Source of the DNA: Bacteroidales bacterium
Lineage (GTDB): Bacteria; Bacteroidota; Bacteroidia; Bacteroidales; JAADGE01
Assembly: GCA_029934705.1 (NCBI GenBank)
Contig: JAOZLS010000003.1
Location: 1-39,706, forward strand
Reading direction: 5' to 3'
Length of the DNA: 39,706 bases
The position numbers and the translations under genes are program-made. This document shows, one piece after another, positions 37,737 to 39,706 of the stretch. The notes under the pieces are model-generated. The model saw only the letters and a program-made list of their open reading frames with translations. It was not told the DNA's origin and made no database searches. Numbering within the stretch: the stretch's first letter is position 1; every line of letters begins with the position of its first letter.

Positions 37737-38951
37737 TTATTTACCTTCTGAAAAATCTTTAAGATATTTAAAGTAAGTACCTAGTTCGCCATTAAATGTA
37801 ATAGATGCTCTTTCGATAATTCCATCAGAATCGTTAACAAATAATGATGGAAAAACTTTTTCGATTAAACCTTTACCAAAATCAACAGAGGCATCACGAG
37901 GAACTTCCCCTGGTAAATTATCAACTGCCATTACAGTAATATTATTAGCCTCAAAGGCGTTAGATTCTGAGTCGTTTTTTGCATTATAGCCATAAAATGG
38001 ATCAGCTATTTCCGATGGACGAATTGTACAAGGTACTGGTCCATCTATATCACAACTAACATCTGCGACTACTGAAATATTAAAATCACTAGCCTTCATA
38101 TCTTCTTTTGTAAAGAAAGCAGGTGATTTTTGATCCCAAAAATGACAAGGAATATACATGTCGGTAACTTTTGTAAAAGGAGAAAAAGACGACTTATACA
38201 TTCCTGGGTTTTTAAAGAAATGATTTAGTTCAAACTCTGAACCATCTTTCCTCTCAACATAATATTGAGGATCTAACTGAGTGTAAACAGCTTCGTCATA
38301 TTTTTTACTTAAAAAATCTTCGGGGGAAACATGTTTTATATTTAATGGTGCAAGTGTTTCAATAGCTCCATGTGCAACACGTCCGCCACCTGTAATAAGA
38401 ATTTTAATTGGTGGAAGTTTTACTTTTTTTAATTCGCCAAACATTTCTTCTACATCATGGCAATCAATAGCTCGTTTTAAATCAAATAGACCTGTTCTTT
38501 TTCCTATACCAATTAATCCGTTATAAGCACCAACTAAACCAGCCCAACGTCCAAAAGCAACTAATCTATATCCTTCTTTTGCAGTAAGATATTCATGATC
38601 GACCATTCGGATATTTTTCTGAAGTAATTTTTGCAATAGTGGTCTGTTATACTCTTGTTTTTTTGCTATATGAGAAAAGAAAAGGTAGGTTTTATCTGCT
38701 ATAAGTTCTTCAATTTCAACTTCTTTTACTCCAATAAGAATATCACAATCCGACACATCGTCAACTAATGTTAAGCCAAGAGCTGAATATTCTTCATTTT
38801 TATAGGCTCTAATATCACTTTTCTGAATTACAAGCTCAACGTTAGGGAATTTTTCGATTAACTCTATTGCTTGTTTAGGAGCTATTGCCGTTCTTCTATC
38901 TGGAGGAGTTTTTGTTTCTTTTAGTATTGCTACCTTTAAATTTTTATTCAT
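37737..38951 (-). CDS. AlaDH/PNT-superfamily NAD(P)-dependent oxidoreductase, saccharopine dehydrogenase / lysine-ketoglutarate reductase-like
   Basis: KETKTPPDRR, GVKEV, FFSHIAKKQEYN, RLVAFGRWAG, TGGGRVAHGA, ADVSCD, MAVDNLPGEVP. Confidence 0.8.
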   Translation of the reverse strand: MNKNLKVAILKETKTPPDRRTAIAPKQAIELIEKFPNVELVIQKSDIRAYKNEEYSALGLTLVDDVSDCDILIGVKEVEIEELIADKTYLFFSHIAKKQEYNRPLLQKLLQKNIRMVDHEYLTAKEGYRLVAFGRWAGLVGAYNGLIGIGKRTGLFDLKRAIDCHDVEEMFGELKKVKLPPIKILITGGGRVAHGAIETLAPLNIKHVSPEDFLSKKYDEAVYTQLDPQYYVERKDGSEFELNHFFKNPGMYKSSFSPFTKVTDMYIPCHFWDQKSPAFFTKEDMKASDFNISVVADVSCDIDGPVPCTIRPSEIADPFYGYNAKNDSESNAFEANNITVMAVDNLPGEVPRDASVDFGKGLIEKVFPSLFVNDSDGIIERASITFNGELGTYFKYLKDFSEGK

Positions 38952-39021
38952 ACGTTCTTCTTTTTATTTTTTATTTATATAACAAAATACAATGATTTTT
39001 GTAATGATAATAAAAAAGTCA

Positions 39022-39029
39022 TATCTTTG
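39022..39029 (+). promoter_or_regulatory. -7 element (TATCTTTG) for ssrA
   Basis: TAnnTTTG match 44 nt upstream of the mature 5' end. Confidence 0.5.
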
Positions 39030-39073
39030 CAAAAATACATTATACTTTGTGCAAAAAAGCACAATACAAATTT

Positions 39074-39473
39074 GGGGTCGTTTTTGGTTTTGACTGCAAG
39101 GATAATGGATTTGTAAGCATGTCGAGCTATGTGGATTAACTCGTAAAACTGATTTGCAACTTTTTAAACGGCGAAAATAACTACGCTCTTGCTGCATAAT
39201 CGAAGTTTAGTAGATTAAGCTTAATTCTGGTACTAGGTATTAGAACGAGACATCTCGCAAACAGGACTGTCTGATTCCAGTTTGCTTATGAGGTGTGATA
39301 AATTTCAGAATTGCTTGAACGATATCTTGACGTTTGGGTGAAATAAAGAGAATAAGGTTTTGCTTTGGGTGCTTTTTCCCGTACAAAGCTCGAAAATTAA
39401 TAAAGAGATAAACATGTAGAAAGCACTTTTGTTACTTGTTTGGACGAGGGTTCGAACCCCTCCGGCTCCACAA
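39074..39473 (+). ncRNA. ssrA: tmRNA
   Basis: 5' GGGGTCG pairs with 3' CGGCTCC-A including the G3-U pair; T-arm GAGGGTTCGAACCCCTC; tag ORF 39170-39199 encodes GENNYALAA*. Confidence 0.96.
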
Positions 39474-39474
39474 C

Positions 39475-39512
39475 AAAAACACCGAAAGATAATTTATCTT
39501 TTGGTGTTTTTT
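39475..39512. terminator. Bidirectional terminator after ssrA
   Basis: AAAAACACCGAAAGATAA-T-TTATCTTTTGGTGTTTTTT. Confidence 0.75.
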
Positions 39513-39515
39513 GGT

Positions 39516-39706
39516 TTAAGACTGAATTTTCCAACACCCATGTTTTGTAGAACCTATACGTTTTAATATTCCAATTTTCTGTAATTTTTGAATTTTTCGT
39601 TCTATTGTTCTCGATGATTTATCAACTATTAAAGCAATTCCTTTTGCTGATATTTTGGGGTTTTTACTAATAATTAATAGAATTTCTTCCGACACCTCTT
39701 CCGACA
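39516..39706 (-). CDS. Partial CDS (C-terminus): winged HTH preceded by short peptide repeats, as seen on Fic or ATP-binding/RecG-C regulators
   Basis: Hand translation …SEEVSEEILLIISKNPKISAKGIALIVDKSSRTIERKIQKLQKIGILKRIGSTKHGCWKIQS*; 12-bp repeat at 39684-39706. Confidence 0.7.
   Translation of the reverse strand, partial: SEEVSEEILLIISKNPKISAKGIALIVDKSSRTIERKIQKLQKIGILKRIGSTKHGCWKIQS

Noticed and set aside
38964-39197. 77-aa minus-strand ORF
   Set aside because: Antisense to the tmRNA 5' part and its promoter; no protein features.
1-39706. CRISPR array, transposase or integrase, rRNA, tRNA
   Set aside because: No repeat-spacer periodicity or recognisable genes; the only T-arm motif belongs to tmRNA.

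Overview
AT-rich (roughly 30% GC) chromosomal window from an anaerobic or facultative Bacteroidota bacterium, probably Bacteroidales/Marinilabiliales-like. Support for this: the ruvA-sprA-gcvH synteny, TAnnTTTG -7 promoter elements and the tmRNA tag GENNYALAA. Left (1-10.9 kb): a sulfur-respiration island. A psrABC/phsABC-type molybdoenzyme operon with two YeeE/YedE sulfur transporters is divergent from an octaheme tetrathionate-reductase-family cytochrome and a cytochrome b fused to two tandem PAS domains. A near-perfect CRP-type palindrome lies in the psrA leader, and a lipoprotein superoxide reductase and a Crp/Fnr regulator follow. Middle: a PAS histidine kinase, an ECF sigma/FecR/STN cassette with no TonB-dependent barrel, a secreted GldM-C-like protein, a sodium:solute symporter, ruvA, sprA, gcvH, DUF59 and elbB. 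Right: an Rrf2-hemerythrin/PAS operon ending in a 1143-aa PepSY-ferredoxin-DUF1858-DUF2249-SBP chimera, a Trp-Trp leader peptide with attenuator ahead of an orphan divergent trpB, several small genes, a structured GTAG-bounded intergenic element, an AlaDH/saccharopine-dehydrogenase-like enzyme and tmRNA. No CRISPR array, transposase, rRNA or tRNA was seen. All domain calls come from motif recognition by eye, not database searches.
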